64,000 nt of DNA from Nemertoderma westbladi (taxonomy: Eukaryota; Animalia; Xenacoelomorpha): the NCBI GenBank assembly GCA_032718475.1, contig JAUCBJ010001865.1, forward strand, positions 17,697-81,696, in the 5' to 3' direction. The notes under the pieces were generated by a model. That model saw only the letters and a program-made list of their open reading frames with translations, ran no database searches and was not told the DNA's origin. Positions 51,301 to 64,000 of the stretch are shown piece by piece. The position numbers were made by a program, and so were the translations under genes. The first letter of the stretch is position 1. Each line of letters starts with the position of its first letter.

Positions 51301-52090
51301 AAGTAAAAATATAGAAACATAACCAACTGGACCTGTACAAAGTAAAAATATAGAAACATAACCAACTGGACCTGAACAAAGTAAAAATATAGAAACATAA
51401 CCAACTGGATCTGAACAAAGTAAAAATATAGAAACATAACCAACTGGACCTGTACAAAGTAAAAATATAGAAACATAACCAACTGGACCTGTACAAAGTA
51501 AAAATATAGAAACATAACCAACTGGACCTGTACAAAGTAAAAATATAGAAACATAACCAACTGGACCTGAACAAAGTAAAAATATAGAAACATAACCAAC
51601 TGGATCTGAACAAAGTAAAAATATAGAAACATAACCAACTGGACCTGTACAAAGTAAAAATATAGAAACATAACCAACTGGACCTGAACAAAGTAAAAAT
51701 ATAGAAACATAACCAACTGGACCTGTACAAAGTAAAAATATAGAAACATAACCAACTGGACCTGAACAAAGTAAAAATATAGAAACATAACCAACTGGAT
51801 CTGAACAAAGTAAAAATATAGAAACATAACCAACTGGACCTGTACAAAGTAAAAATATAGAAACATAACCAACTGGACCTGTACAAAGTAAAAATATAGA
51901 AACATAACCAACTGGACCTGAACAAAGTAAAAATATAGAAACATAACCAACTGGATCTGAACAAAGTAAAAATATAGAAACATAACCAACTGGACCTGTA
52001 CAAAGTAAAAATATAGAAACATAACCAACTGGACCTGTACAAAGTAAAAATATAGAAACATAACCAACTGGACCTGTACATGGTAAAAAT
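42304..52090 (-). repeat. 39-bp satellite = 3' splice site plus first 10 nt of exon D (~250 copies)
   Basis: Minus-strand unit TTATGTTTCTATATTTTTACTTTGTACAG|GTCCAGTTGG; 13-aa periodicity in the ORF track. Confidence 0.96.
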
Positions 52091-52096
52091 ATTGGC

Positions 52097-55000
52097 CTAC
52101 AGACTGACTGTCCCACAGCCAATGAATCCCACATAGACTGTCCCACTAGCAACTGATCGCCATATAGACTGTCCCACAGCCACTGAACGCCATATAGACT
52201 GTCCCACAGCCATACTGATCGCTATATAGACTGTCCCACAGCCACTGATCGCCATATAGACTGTCCCACAACCACTGATCATCATATAGACTGTCCCACA
52301 ACCACTGAACGCCATATAGACTGTCCCACAGCCACTGATCGCTATATAGACTGTCCCACAGCCACTGATCGCCATATAGACTGTCCCACAACCACTGATC
52401 ACCATATAGACTGTCCCACAACCACTGAACGCCATATAGACTCTCCCACAACCACTGAACGCCATATAGACTGTCCCACAACCACTGATGTCATATAGAG
52501 ATTGTCACAAAGCCACTGAACGCCATATAGACTGTCCCTCAACCACTGAACGCCATATAGACTGTCCCACAACCACTGATGTCATATAGAGACTGTCACA
52601 AAGCCACTAACGCCATATAGACTCACCCACAGCCACTGATCGCTATATAGACTGTCCCACAGCCACTGAACGCCATATAGACTGCCCACAACCATTGAAC
52701 GCCCTATAGACTGTACTACAACCATTGAACGCCATATAGACTGTCCCACAGCCACTGATCGCCATATAGACTCTCCCACAGCCGTTGAACGCCCTATAGG
52801 CTGTACTACAACCATTGAAAGCCATATAGACTGTCCCGCAACCACTGAACGCCATATAGACTGTCACAAAGCCACTGATCGCCATATAGACTGTCCCACA
52901 GCCACTGATCGCCATATAGACTCTCCCACAGCCGTTGAACGCCCTATAGACTGTACTACAACCATTGAACGCCATATAGACTGTCCCACAACCACTGAAC
53001 GCCATATAGACTGTCACAAAGCCACTGATGATCGCCATATAGACTGTCCCAGAGCCACTGATCGCCATATAGACTCTCCCACAGCCGCTGAACGCCCTAT
53101 AGACCGTACCACAACCATTGAACGCCATATAGACTGTCACAAAGTCACTGAACGCCATATAGTGTGTCCCACAGCCACTGAACGCCCTATAGACTGTCCC
53201 ACAACCACTGAACGCCATATAGACTGTCCCACAGCCACTGATCGCTATATAGACTGTCCCACAGCCACTGAACTCCATATAGACTGCCCACAACCATTGA
53301 ACGCCCTATAGACTGTCACAAAGCCACTGAACGCCATATAGACTGTCCACAACCACTGAACGCCAAATAGACTGTCCCACAGCCACTGAACGCCACATAG
53401 ACTGTCCCACAACCACTGAACGCCATATAGACTCTCCTACAGCCACTGATGCCATATAGAGACTGTCACACTGGCCACTGAACGCCATATAGACTCTTCC
53501 ACAGCCACTGATGCCAGATAGAGACTGTCACACTGGCCTCTGAACGCCATATAGACTATTCCACAGCCACTGTTTCATATAGAGACTGTCACACTGGCCA
53601 ATAAACGCCATATAGACTGTCCCACAACCACTGAACGCCCTATAAGACTGTCCCACAACCACTGGACGCCATATAGATTGTCCCACAACCACTGAACGCC
53701 ATATAGACTCTCCCACAGCCACTAATCGCCATATAGACTCTCCCACAGCCACTGATGCCATATAGAGACTGTCACACTGGCCACTGAACGCGATATAGAC
53801 TCTCCCACAACCACTGAACGCCATATAGACTGACCCAAAACCACTGATGTCATATAGAGACTGTCACAAAGCCACTGAACGCCATATAGACTGTCCCTCA
53901 ACCACTTAACGCCATATAGACTCTCCCACAGCCACTGATGCCATATATAGACTGTCCCACAGCCACTGATCGCCATATAGACTGTCCCACAACCACTGAA
54001 CGCCATATAGACTGTCCCACAACCACTGAACGCCATATAGACTGTCCCTCAACCACTGAACGCCATATAGAGACTGTCACACTGGCTATTGAACGCCGTA
54101 TAGACTGTCACAAAGCCACTGAACGCCATATAGACTGTCACAAAGCCACTGAACGCCATATATAGACTGTCCCACAACCGCTGAACGCCATATAGACTGT
54201 CCCACAACCACTGAACGCCATATAAAGACTGTCACACTGGCTATTGAACGCCGTATAGACTGTCACAAAGCCACTGAACGCCATATAGACTGTCACAAAG
54301 CCACTGAACGCCATATATAGACTGTCCCACAACCACTGAACGCCCTATAGACTGTCCCACAACCACTGAACGCCATATAGACTGTCCCACAACCACTGAA
54401 CGCCATATAGACTCTCCCACAGCAACTGATGCCATATAGAAACTGTCACACTGGCCATTGAACGCCATATAGACTCTCCCACAACTACTGAACGCCATAG
54501 ACTGTCCCACAAACACTGAACGCCATATAGACTGTCCCACAACCACTGAACGCCATATAGAGACAGTCACACTGGCCATTGAACGCCATATAAACTGTCA
54601 CAAAGCCACTGATCGCGATATAGACTGTCACAAAGCCACTGAACGCCATATAGACTAGACTGTCCCACAGCCACTGATCACCATATAGACTCACCCACAG
54701 CCACCGATCGCTATATAGACTGTTCCACAGCCACTGAACGCCATATAGACTGCCCCACTACCACTGATCGCCATATAGACTGTCCCACAGCCACTGATCG
54801 CCATATAGACTCTCCCACAGCCACTGATCGCTATATAGACTGTCCCACAGCCACTGATCGCCATATAGACTCTCCCACAACCACTGAACGCCATATAGAC
54901 TGTCCAACAACCACTGAACGCCATATAGACTGTCACAAAGCAACATATATACATATACACATATATAGACTCATATAGACTCTCCCACAGTCACTGATGC

Positions 55001-55835
55001 CATAGAGACTGTCACACTGGCCACTGAACGCCATATACTGTCCCACAGCCACTGAACGCCCTATAGACTGTCCCACAGCCACTGAACGCCATATAGACTC
55101 TCCCACAGTCACTGATGCCATAGAGACTGTCACACTGGCCACTGAACGCCATATAGACTCTCCCACAGCCACTGAACGCCATATAGACTCTCCCACAGTC
55201 ACTGATGCCATAGAGACTGTCCCACAGCCACTAATCGCCATATAGACTCTCCCACAGTCACTGATGCCATAGAGACTGTCACACTGGCCACTGAACGCCA
55301 TATAGACTCTCCCACAGTCACTGATGCCATAGAGACTGTCACACTGGCCACTGAACGCCATATACTGTCCCACAGCCACTGAACGCCATATAGACTGTCC
55401 ACAACCACTGAACGCCATATAGACTGTCACAAAGCCACTGAACGCCCTATAGACTGTCCCACAGCCACTAATCGCCATATAGACTCTCCCACAGTCACTG
55501 ATGCCATATAGAGACTGTCACACTGGCCACTGAACGCCCTATAGATTGTCCCACAACCACTGAACGCCATATAGATTTTCCCACAGCCACTGATGCCATA
55601 TAGAGACTGTCACACTGGCCACTGAACGCCATATAGACTCTCCCACAACCACTGAACGCCATATAGACTGTCACAAAGCCACTGAACGCCATATAGACTG
55701 TCACAAAGGCACTGAACGCCCTATAGACTGTCCCACAGCCACTGATCGCCATATAGACTGTCCCACAACCACTGAACGCCATATAGACTGTCACAAAGCT
55801 ACTGAATGCCACATAGACTATCCCACAGCCACTGG
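52097..55835. repeat. ~30-bp degenerate satellite (~120 copies) abutting the exon C donor
   Basis: ATAGACTGTCCCACAGCCACTGAACGCCAT units with many variants. Confidence 0.92.
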
Positions 55836-55841
55836 ACTTAC

Positions 55842-56034
55842 CTCCAACGGGAAACGCCATATAAGCCTCCCCCAAGGTGCCCTGAAAGTCCCTATTGACG
55901 AAGGAATAGACGAGACAGTAATTCTCCTTTTCGTAGCTAGTTGGTTGCTTCGCTAGCATGTCGAGGACGGCAGCGGAACCGACTCCAGATCTTCTCTTCA
56001 TTTCTCCGGTCGCCTCCTCCGGTGTCTTTTCAAT
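55842..56034 (-). CDS. ADAM10: ADAM10-like exon C (catalytic domain)
   Basis: tcttag|ATT GAA...GGA G|gtaagt; ...ENYCLVYSFVNRDFQGTLGEAYMAFPVG, compare ADAM10 [22 protein letters not shown]; phase 0->1. Confidence 0.9.
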
Positions 56035-57690
56035 CTAAGAAACAACGACAATTAAATATCAATATTGGAGGATAAATAATTGCTTAAAAGGCGCAATTCA
56101 TGGTTAATATTCAGTACCAGTTTCGAAACTACAATAAATAATAACTATTTTTTTTACAAAAAGTTTTTACAAAAAATGACATGGTTACAAAGCCATCTAA
56201 AAGGTGTGTACGCATATTAGAATGTTAAATATGTATCAGCAGAACGAACAATGATGCAATAACCTACAGTAGGAATGCAATAATACAGTAAGGACAATGC
56301 ATTTGGTTATTCGTTATTATAGAAGGGGACCATTAGTACATAGGGGAAATACCAGGTCACTCACGGCTGAGAGGAAGTAGCTAGCAATTTGTATACGAAA
56401 GGTGAAGAAGGTGTAACCTATATTGGAGAGTAGTCAGATGTTGGTGCCAATTATTGAGGTATATAACATTATGTTTTAGGAAACTAGTTTATTCTACAGG
56501 TGCATTTCTAACAATAAATGTCACCTCTCTATAACTCAGATGGGGGGAAACTGGACGCAATAAAAATTCATCCCTCTCCAGGGGAAATTCGACGCAAATA
56601 ACAGTTGATTACTCTCAAAAATAAAACTGTAACCTGTTCTATTGTGTTTAGTTTATTGTTTTAGAATTTACATGGAGGTGGGATATTAATTCGCCCAGGC
56701 GGGTTTTGCGTCGAGTTCCCCCCCCCCCCCCCCCCCCCGTCTCCTATAACTTCCCTGTTACCTATATATTATTACTGTAACTTATATTGTATTATTGGTG
56801 ATTACGCTACTTCGCACCGTGTACGTGCAATAGCATTGTTGGCGAGACCATATTATCTAGTAAATGCCATTATATTACAAATAAACAAGAACCCTCTTAT
56901 TTATTACCCTCGACTGGCCACTCGTTGGACCGACGGCAGGTTACCTGAGCGAAACGTCACGTGGGAAGGGAGGTAGGCTTTTCTACTAGAGAGCGCCTGT
57001 GGAATCGTATAAGGGTCTTTCGAGTATCTCACACACCTGATATATTATAAGGAGGACAAAATAATAATTTATTACACTGGAAAAAAAACAGAACTATTTT
57101 TTCACTATTCTCGAGGCATTTTATTTACCAAGCGAAAATCAACATGATTAAAACATTACGGGTTATCAGGGACGCTGATCACGAATGACACTCAAAAATA
57201 TTGTATTACCCAACCAAATTCGATTGTTGCCGTTTGAAATTGTATGCTACTTGTATTTTTCGTCCCACCAGACAAGCACCAAAAATGATAGTTGCGATAC
57301 CAACCACGAATGATTTTTAACGAGTTGCATCGTGATCAACGACCTTGAAAACCAGTATAGCTTCAGAATTACCAAAGCAAAAGCAACATTTAACAGTTTG
57401 TAATTTTTTGCTACACCTACTTGTGCATTTCCTTCTGGAGCACCAGAATGGCACCGAAATTGGGTTTGCATTTACCAGTAATATGTATAACTAGTTTAAT
57501 CGTGATCAGCATCCTCGAATACCCGTATACCTTCACAATTATCAAAGCAAACACAAAACGTTTTAGTTAGACATTTTTTTACTTGTACTTTTCGTCCTGG
57601 GGGACCGAAATAGCACCAAAAATGATGGTTGCATTGCCAGAAAATATTTTTAACATGTTTTATCGTGATCAGCAGAGACCTCGAAAACCC

Positions 57691-58295
57691 TTATACCATC
57701 AAAATATTCACTGCATGAGGCCGCCAAAGCACAAGATTATGCACTAGCTGGTCCTCACGGTGAAAGCAATGTCCTGCAAAGCGGAGGCGGTTCCGTTTAA
57801 GTGTCAAGCAAGGGGAGACTAATGGAACATCTCCAATGTTGTATACAGACTGATTGGAGATGTGTTCAATGTACTTGATAAAATGAACCCGGCGCAACAT
57901 TCTTGTGAAAGTACCATCCAGAGATTTGGTATCCTCTGCAGTTAGAGCCCTGCATGGACTCACATATAAGAGTACTGGTTTTACTGCTGCCATAAATAAT
58001 CGAACCTTAAGGATCCGTTTTATTCTATGGAACTTCCTAATCCTGGACAGACTATTTAACGCTGCCCATGCCTTCCCATGTGTTTCCGAAGGTCTTCACC
58101 TGATTTTAGTCAGTTGAAGACCAGCACAGAGAGCAGTCATCCATTTGCACTAGCAAGCCGTCCCTAGAGCTTATGCCCTTACGATCAGACATTTCTCGAG
58201 AGCTGTGAAGGTTAACAGTCATAATTTTGGTCTAATTGGAGTTTACAAAAAGATCAACAATAGAAGCAACCTGCTCCAATGAGCAGAGGAGCCTT
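57691..58295 (-). mobile_element. Old degenerate RTE-like LINE fragment
   Basis: LDGTFTRMLRR..RNRLRFAGHC is homologous to the C-terminal part of the ORF at 182-1639; frameshifted. Confidence 0.7.
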
Positions 58296-58309
58296 TGGGT
58301 AGAGTACTA

Positions 58310-61300
58310 TAATAACTGCAGAAGGTACCGGTCATAGAATGACTGCAGAAGGTAACGGTACTATAATGGCTGCATAAGGTACCGGTACTAGAATGACTGC
58401 AGTAGGTACCGGTCATAGAATGACTGCATAAGGTAACGGTACTAGAATGACTGCAGAAGGTACCGGTACTAGAATGACTGCAAAATGTACCGGTTATAGA
58501 ATGACTGCAGAAGGTACCGGAAATACAATAACGCAGAAGGTAGAAATATTAGGTAAAATTACTGCAGAAGTTACCAGTTCTAGAATGACGGCAAAACGTA
58601 CCGGTACAAGAATGACTGCATAAGGTACCGGTCATAGAATGACTGCAGAAGATAACGGTACTAGAATGACTGCAGAAGGTACCGGTCATAGAATGACTGC
58701 AGAAGGTACCGGTCATAGAATGACTGCAGAAGGTAACGGTACTAGAATGACTGCAGAAGGTACCGGTCATAGAATGACTGCAGACGGTACCGGTCATAGA
58801 ATGACAGCAGAAGGTAACGGTACTAGAATTAACGTAGAAGGTACCGGTCATAGAATGACTGCAGAAGGTACCGGTCGTAGAATGACTGCAGAAGGTAACG
58901 GTACTAGAATGACTGCAGAAGGTTCCGGTCATAGAATGACTGCAGAAGGTACCGGTCATAGAATGACTGCAGAAGGTAACGATACTAGAATGACTGCAGA
59001 AGGTACCGGTACTAGAATGACTGCAGAAGGTACCGGTCATAGAATGACTGCAGAAGGTACCGGTCATAGAATGACTGCAGAAGGTAACGGTACTAGAATG
59101 ACTGCAGAAGGTACCGGTCATAGAATGACTGCAGAAGGTACCGGTCATAGAATGACTGCAGAAGGTACCGGTAATAGAATGACTGCAGAAGGTATCGGTA
59201 CTAGAATGACTGCAGAAGGTACCGGTAATAGAATGACTGCAGAAGGTACCGGTACTAGAATGACTGCAGAAGGTAACGGTACTAGAATGACTGCAGAAGG
59301 TACCGGTCATAGAATGACTGCAGAAGGTACCGGTCATAGAATGACTGCAGAAGGTGCCGGTCATAGAATGACTGCAGAAGGTCCGGTCATAGAATGACTG
59401 CAGATGGTATCGGTACTAGAATGACTGCAGAAGGTGCCGGTCATAGAATGACTGCAGAAGGTGCCGGTCATAGAATGACTGCAGAAGGTCCGGTCATAGA
59501 ATGACTGCAGAAGGTATCGGTACTAGAATGACTGCAGAAGGTATCGGTACTAGAATGACTGCAGAAGGTAACGGTACTAGAATGACTGCAGAAGGTACCG
59601 GTCATAGAATGACTGCATAAGGTACCGGTCATAGAATGACTGCAGAAGGTACCGGTCATAGAATGACTGCAGAAGGTACCGGTCATAGAATGACTGCAGA
59701 AGGTAACGGTACTAGAATGACTGCAGAAGGTACCGGTCATAGAATGACTGCAGAAGGTACCGGTCATAGAATGACTGCAGAAGGTACCGGTAATAGAATG
59801 ACTGCAGAAGGTAACGGTACTAGAATGACTGCAGAAGGTAACGGTACTAGAATGACTGCAGAAGGTACCGGTCATAGAATGACTGCAGAAGGTATCGGTA
59901 CTAGAATGACTGCAGAAGGTACCGGTCATAGAATGACTGCAGAAGGAACCGGTCATAAAATGACTGCAGAAGGTACCGGTCATAAAATGACAGCAGAAGA
60001 TTCCGGTACTAGAATTAACGTAGAAGGTACCAGTACTAGAATGACTGCAGAAGTTACCGGTTCAAGAATGACTTACCTGTAGACGAGCGATTCGGAAATG
60101 AACTCGGCCATTTAAAGTGAAATTATAAATCGTGTTAACGGAGGCGAAATAGTTAACAAGAGAATTCTTAACGTTATTAAGAGCAGCCGCATCTCCGTCG
60201 GTGTTCTCTTTTGTTGGTCTGCCAACCTCATCATAGAAAGTCCAATACCGGTCATAGAATGACTGCAGAAGGTACCGGTCATAGAAGGACTGCAGAAGGT
60301 GCCGGTCATAGAATGACTGCAGAAGGTCCGGTCATAGAATGACTGCAGAAGGTTCCGGTCATAGAATGACTGCAGAAGGTCCGGTCATAGAATGACTGCA
60401 GATGGTATCGGTACTAGAATGACTGCAGAAGGTGCCGGTCATAGAATGACTGCAGAAGGTGCCGGTCATAGAATGACTGCAGAAGGTCCCGGTCATAGAA
60501 TGACTGCAGAAGGTATCGGTACTAGAATGACTGCAGAAGGTATCGGTACTAGAATGACTGCAGAAGGTATCGGTACTAGAATGACTGCAGAAGGTAACGG
60601 TACTAGAATGACTGCAGAAGGTGCCGGTCATAGAATGACTGCAGAAGGTGCCGGTCATAGAATGACTGCAGAAGGTGCCGGTCATAGAATGACTGCAGAA
60701 GGTCCGGTCATAGAATGACTGCAGAAGGTGCCGGTCATAGAATGACTGCAGAAGGTGCCGGTCATAGAATGACTGCAGAAGGTACCGGTCATAGAATGAC
60801 TGCAGAAGGTATCGGTACTAGAATGACTGCAGAAGGTATCGGTACTAGAATGACTGCAGAAGGTATCGGTACTAGAATGACTGCAGAAGGTAACGGTACT
60901 AGAATGACTGCAGAAGGTGCCGGTCATAGAATGACTGCAGAAGGTGCCGGTCATAGAATGACTGCAGAAGGTACCGGTCATAGAATGACTGCAGAAGGTA
61001 TCGGTACTAGAATGACTGCAGAAGGTATCGGTACTAGAATGACTGCAGAAGGTAACGGTACTAGAATGACTGCAGAAGGTACCGGTCATAGAATGACTGC
61101 AGAAGGTACCGGTCATAGAATGACTGCAGAAGGTACCGGTAATAGAATGACTGCAGAAGGTAACGGTACTAGAATGACTGCAGAAGGTACCGGTACTAGA
61201 ATGACTGCAGAAGGTACCGGTCATAGAATGACTGCAGAAGGTACCGGTCATAGAATGACTGCAGAAGGTAACGGTACTAGAATGACTGCAGAAGGTACCG

Positions 61301-62630
61301 GTCATAGAATGACTGCAGAAGGTACCGGTCATAGAATGACTGCAGAAGGTACCGGTAATAGAATGACTGCAGAAGGTAACGGTACTAGAATGACTGCAGA
61401 AGGTAACGGTACTAGAATGACTGCAGAAGGTACCGGTCATAGAATGACTGCAGAAGGTAACGGTACTAGAATGACTGCAGAAGGTACCGGTCATAGAATG
61501 ACTGCAGAAGGTAACGGTACTAGAATGACTGCAGAAGGTACCGGTCATAGAATGACTGCAGAAGGTGCCGGTCATAGAATGACTGCAGAAGGTCCGGTCA
61601 TAGAATGACTGCAGATGGTATCGGTACTAGAATGACTGCAGAAGGTGCCGGTCATAGAATGACTGCAGAAGGTGCCGGTCATAGAATGACTGCAGATGGT
61701 ATCGGTACTAGAATGACTGCAGAAGGTGCCGGTCATAGAATGACTGCAGAAGGTCCGGTCATAGAATGACTGCAGAAGGTATCGGTACTAGAATGACTGC
61801 AGAAGGTATCGGTACTAGAATGACTGCAGAAGGTAACGGTACTAGAATGACTGCAGAAGGTACCGGTCATAGAATGACTGCAGAAGGTACCGGTCATAGA
61901 ATGACTGCAGAAGGTGCCGGTCATAGAATGACTGCAGAAGGTCCGGTCATAGAATGACTGCAGATGGTATCGGTACTAGAATGACTGCAGAAGGTGCCGG
62001 TCATAGAATGACTGCAGAAGGTGCCGGTCATAGAATGACTGCAGAAGGTCCGGTCATAGAATGACTGCAGAAGGTATCGGTACTAGAATGACTGCAGAAG
62101 GTATCGGTACTAGAATGACTGCAGAAGGTAACGGTACTAGAATGACTGCAGAAGGTACCGGTCATAGAATGACTGCATAAGGTACCGGTCATAGAATGAC
62201 TGCAGAAGGTACCGGTCATAGAATGACTGCAGAAGGTACCGGTCATAGAATGACTGCAGAAGGTAACGGTACTAGAATGACTGCAGAAGGTACCGGTCAT
62301 AGAATGACTGCAGAAGGTACCGGTCATAGAATGACTGCAGAAGGTACCGGTAATAGAAAGACTGCAGAAGGTAACGGTACTAGAATGACTGCAGAAGGTA
62401 ACGGTACTAGAATGACTGCAGAAGGTACCGGTCATAGAATGACTGCAGAAGGTATCGGTACTAGAATGACTGCAGAAGGTACCGGTCATAGAATGACTGC
62501 AGAAGGAACCGGTCATAAAATGACTGCAGAAGGTACCGGTCATAAAATGACAGCAGAAGATTCCGGTACTAGAATTAACGTAGAAGGTACCAGTACTAGA
62601 ATGACTGCAGAAGTTACCGGTTCAAGAATG
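58310..62630. repeat. 27-bp satellite in two blocks (58310-60070 and 60247-62630) with a 2560-bp segmental duplication
   Basis: AGAATGACTGCAGAAGGTACCGGTCAT units; ORFs 59468/62028 and 59636/62196 are offset by exactly 2560. Confidence 0.93.
60077..60246 (-). pseudogene. Duplicated copy of exon B lacking its acceptor and first 4 nt
   Basis: Nearly identical to 62637-62806 (one synonymous change seen, GCAGCT vs GCGGCT); keeps the GTAAGT donor; upstream flank is satellite. Confidence 0.88.
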
Positions 62631-62636
62631 ACTTAC

Positions 62637-62810
62637 CTGTAGACGAGCGATTCGGAAATGAACTCGGCCATTTAAAGTGAAATTATAAATCGTGTTAACG
62701 GAGGCGAAATAGTTAACAAGAGAATTCTTAACGTTATTAAGAGCAGCTGCATCTCCGTCGGTGTTCTCTTTTGTTGGTCTGCCAACCTCATCATAGAAAG
62801 TCCAATCAAC
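62637..62810 (-). CDS. ADAM10: ADAM10-like exon B (start of catalytic domain)
   Basis: atttag|GTT GAT...CTA CAG|gtaagt; VDWTFYDEVG...NYFASVNTIYNFTLNGRVHFRIARLQ; 58 codons, phase 0-0. Confidence 0.85.
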
Positions 62811-63039
62811 CTAAATATATCAATAATATCCGACAAACATGAGCAAAGTTTGAAACAGTTAAAAGTTGCAAATTAACCTGTAAAAATGATGTAAAGTTTA
62901 ACTTTGCTTTAAAATGTAAATTTGTAAATTTATTTATCGATGTAAAATTTTTACAATTTACTAAATGTTTTAAAAACTATAATAACACATTATAGCTTAA
63001 TTGCATTATAGCTTAAATACATACTTAATTGCTACATAC

Positions 63040-63731
63040 GATACGTTACACGTATCGAGATTCTCACCTGAACTACTACGTTACACGTATCGAGATTCTC
63101 ACCTGAACTACCACGTTACACGTATTTCGATTCTCACCTGAACTACTACGTTGCACGTAATTCGATTCTCACCTGAACTACTACGTTACACGTATTTCGA
63201 TTCTCACCTGAACTACTACGTTACACATATCGCGATTCTCACCTGAACTACCACGTTACACTATTTCGATTCTCACCTGAACTACTATGTTACACATATC
63301 GAGATTCTCACCTGAACTACTACGTCACACGTATCGCGATTCTCACCTGAACTACTACGTTACACGTAATTCGATTCTCACCTGAACTTCTACGTCACAC
63401 GTATCGCAATTCTCACCTGAACTACTACGTTACACGTATCGCGATTCTCACCTGAACTACTACGTTACACGTATCGCGATTCTCACCTGAACTACTATGT
63501 TACACGTATCGCGATTCTCACCTGAACTACTACGTTACACGTATCGCGATTCTCACCTGAACTACTACGTTACACGTATCGAGATTCTCACCTGAACTAC
63601 TATGTTACACGTATCGCGATTCTCACCTGAACTACTACGTTACACGTATCGCGATTCTCACCTGAACTACTATGTTACACGTATCGCGATTCTCACCCGA
63701 ACTACTACGTTACACGTATCGAGATTCTCAC
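63040..63731 (-). repeat. 35-bp satellite = last 23 nt of exon A plus donor site (~20 copies)
   Basis: Minus-strand unit ATACGTGTAACGTAGTAGTTCAG|GTGAGAATCGCG. Confidence 0.92.
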
Positions 63732-63818
63732 CTGAACTACTACGTTACACGTATTACGATGCCCCTCAGTCTGGCGCTTTTTCCTTGATCCTTGGCTGAA
63801 ATATTTGAGTCGGGGATC
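63732..63818 (-). CDS. ADAM10: ADAM10-like exon A (furin site at prodomain/catalytic boundary)
   Basis: ttttag|GAT CCC...GTT CAG|gtgaga; DPRLKYFSQGSRKKRQTEGHRNTCNVVVQ, compare ADAM10 RKKRTTSAEKNTCQLYIQ; phase 0-0 joins exon B. Confidence 0.85.
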
Positions 63819-64000
63819 CTAAAAGCAGATAATTATTTCAAACTTAAAAAAACACCTAAGATACATTGGTTCAGATCCAAATCACCTGTAAGTAGATAGT
63901 AGTGGTACATTCTTATATTTTTTAAACATAGCAAATATAATAAAATTATGAACTAGTTAAGGGGGGGAAGGGGGGGGGGGGGGGTAGAACCCCCAAACTG

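Noticed and set aside
42095-52152. Giant 600-3275 aa minus-strand ORFs
   Set aside because: Products of a stop-free 39-bp satellite open in all three frames; only 42140-42303 is a real exon
52097-62642. Many short Cys/Thr-rich ORFs (MAFSGCG..., MTAEGTGHR...)
   Set aside because: Translations of the 30-bp and 27-bp satellites
12271-63818. ADAM17 as the gene identity
   Set aside because: SHITFAHE..GSPHD, RKKR..NTC and ESGKPICGN match ADAM10 better than ADAM17 (GAEHD); it may still be a divergent ADAM10 paralog

Overview
Eukaryotic (metazoan, probably invertebrate) genomic window. It is spanned on the minus strand by an ADAM10/kuzbanian-like metalloprotease gene; I can reconstruct 7 phase-consistent GT-AG exons (63818->12271) covering the furin site, catalytic domain (HELGHSLGSP|HD) and disintegrin domain. 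The introns are inflated by satellites, several of which are tandem amplifications of the gene's own splice junctions: about 250 copies of the acceptor and about 110 copies of the donor flank the zinc-binding exon, and two other donors are also amplified. The largest intron holds a recent 18.7-kb BEL/Pao LTR retrotransposon (17100-35778, 1.9-kb LTRs, TTTTC TSD) with several unusual traits: TA..TA termini; no tRNA-type PBS but an 11-nt PBS-position sequence complementary to its own LTR; a tRNA-like Pol III cassette in the LTR; a post-pol accessory ORF with a DEDDy (WRN/EXD-like) exonuclease-like domain plus three CCHC knuckles; a 249-bp inverted repeat; and a 20-nt hairpin motif dispersed 10 times through the element. 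The rest consists of RTE-like LINE copies, MITEs, tRNA-derived SINE-like pieces and simple repeats. All coordinates and counts were read by eye and need computational confirmation.
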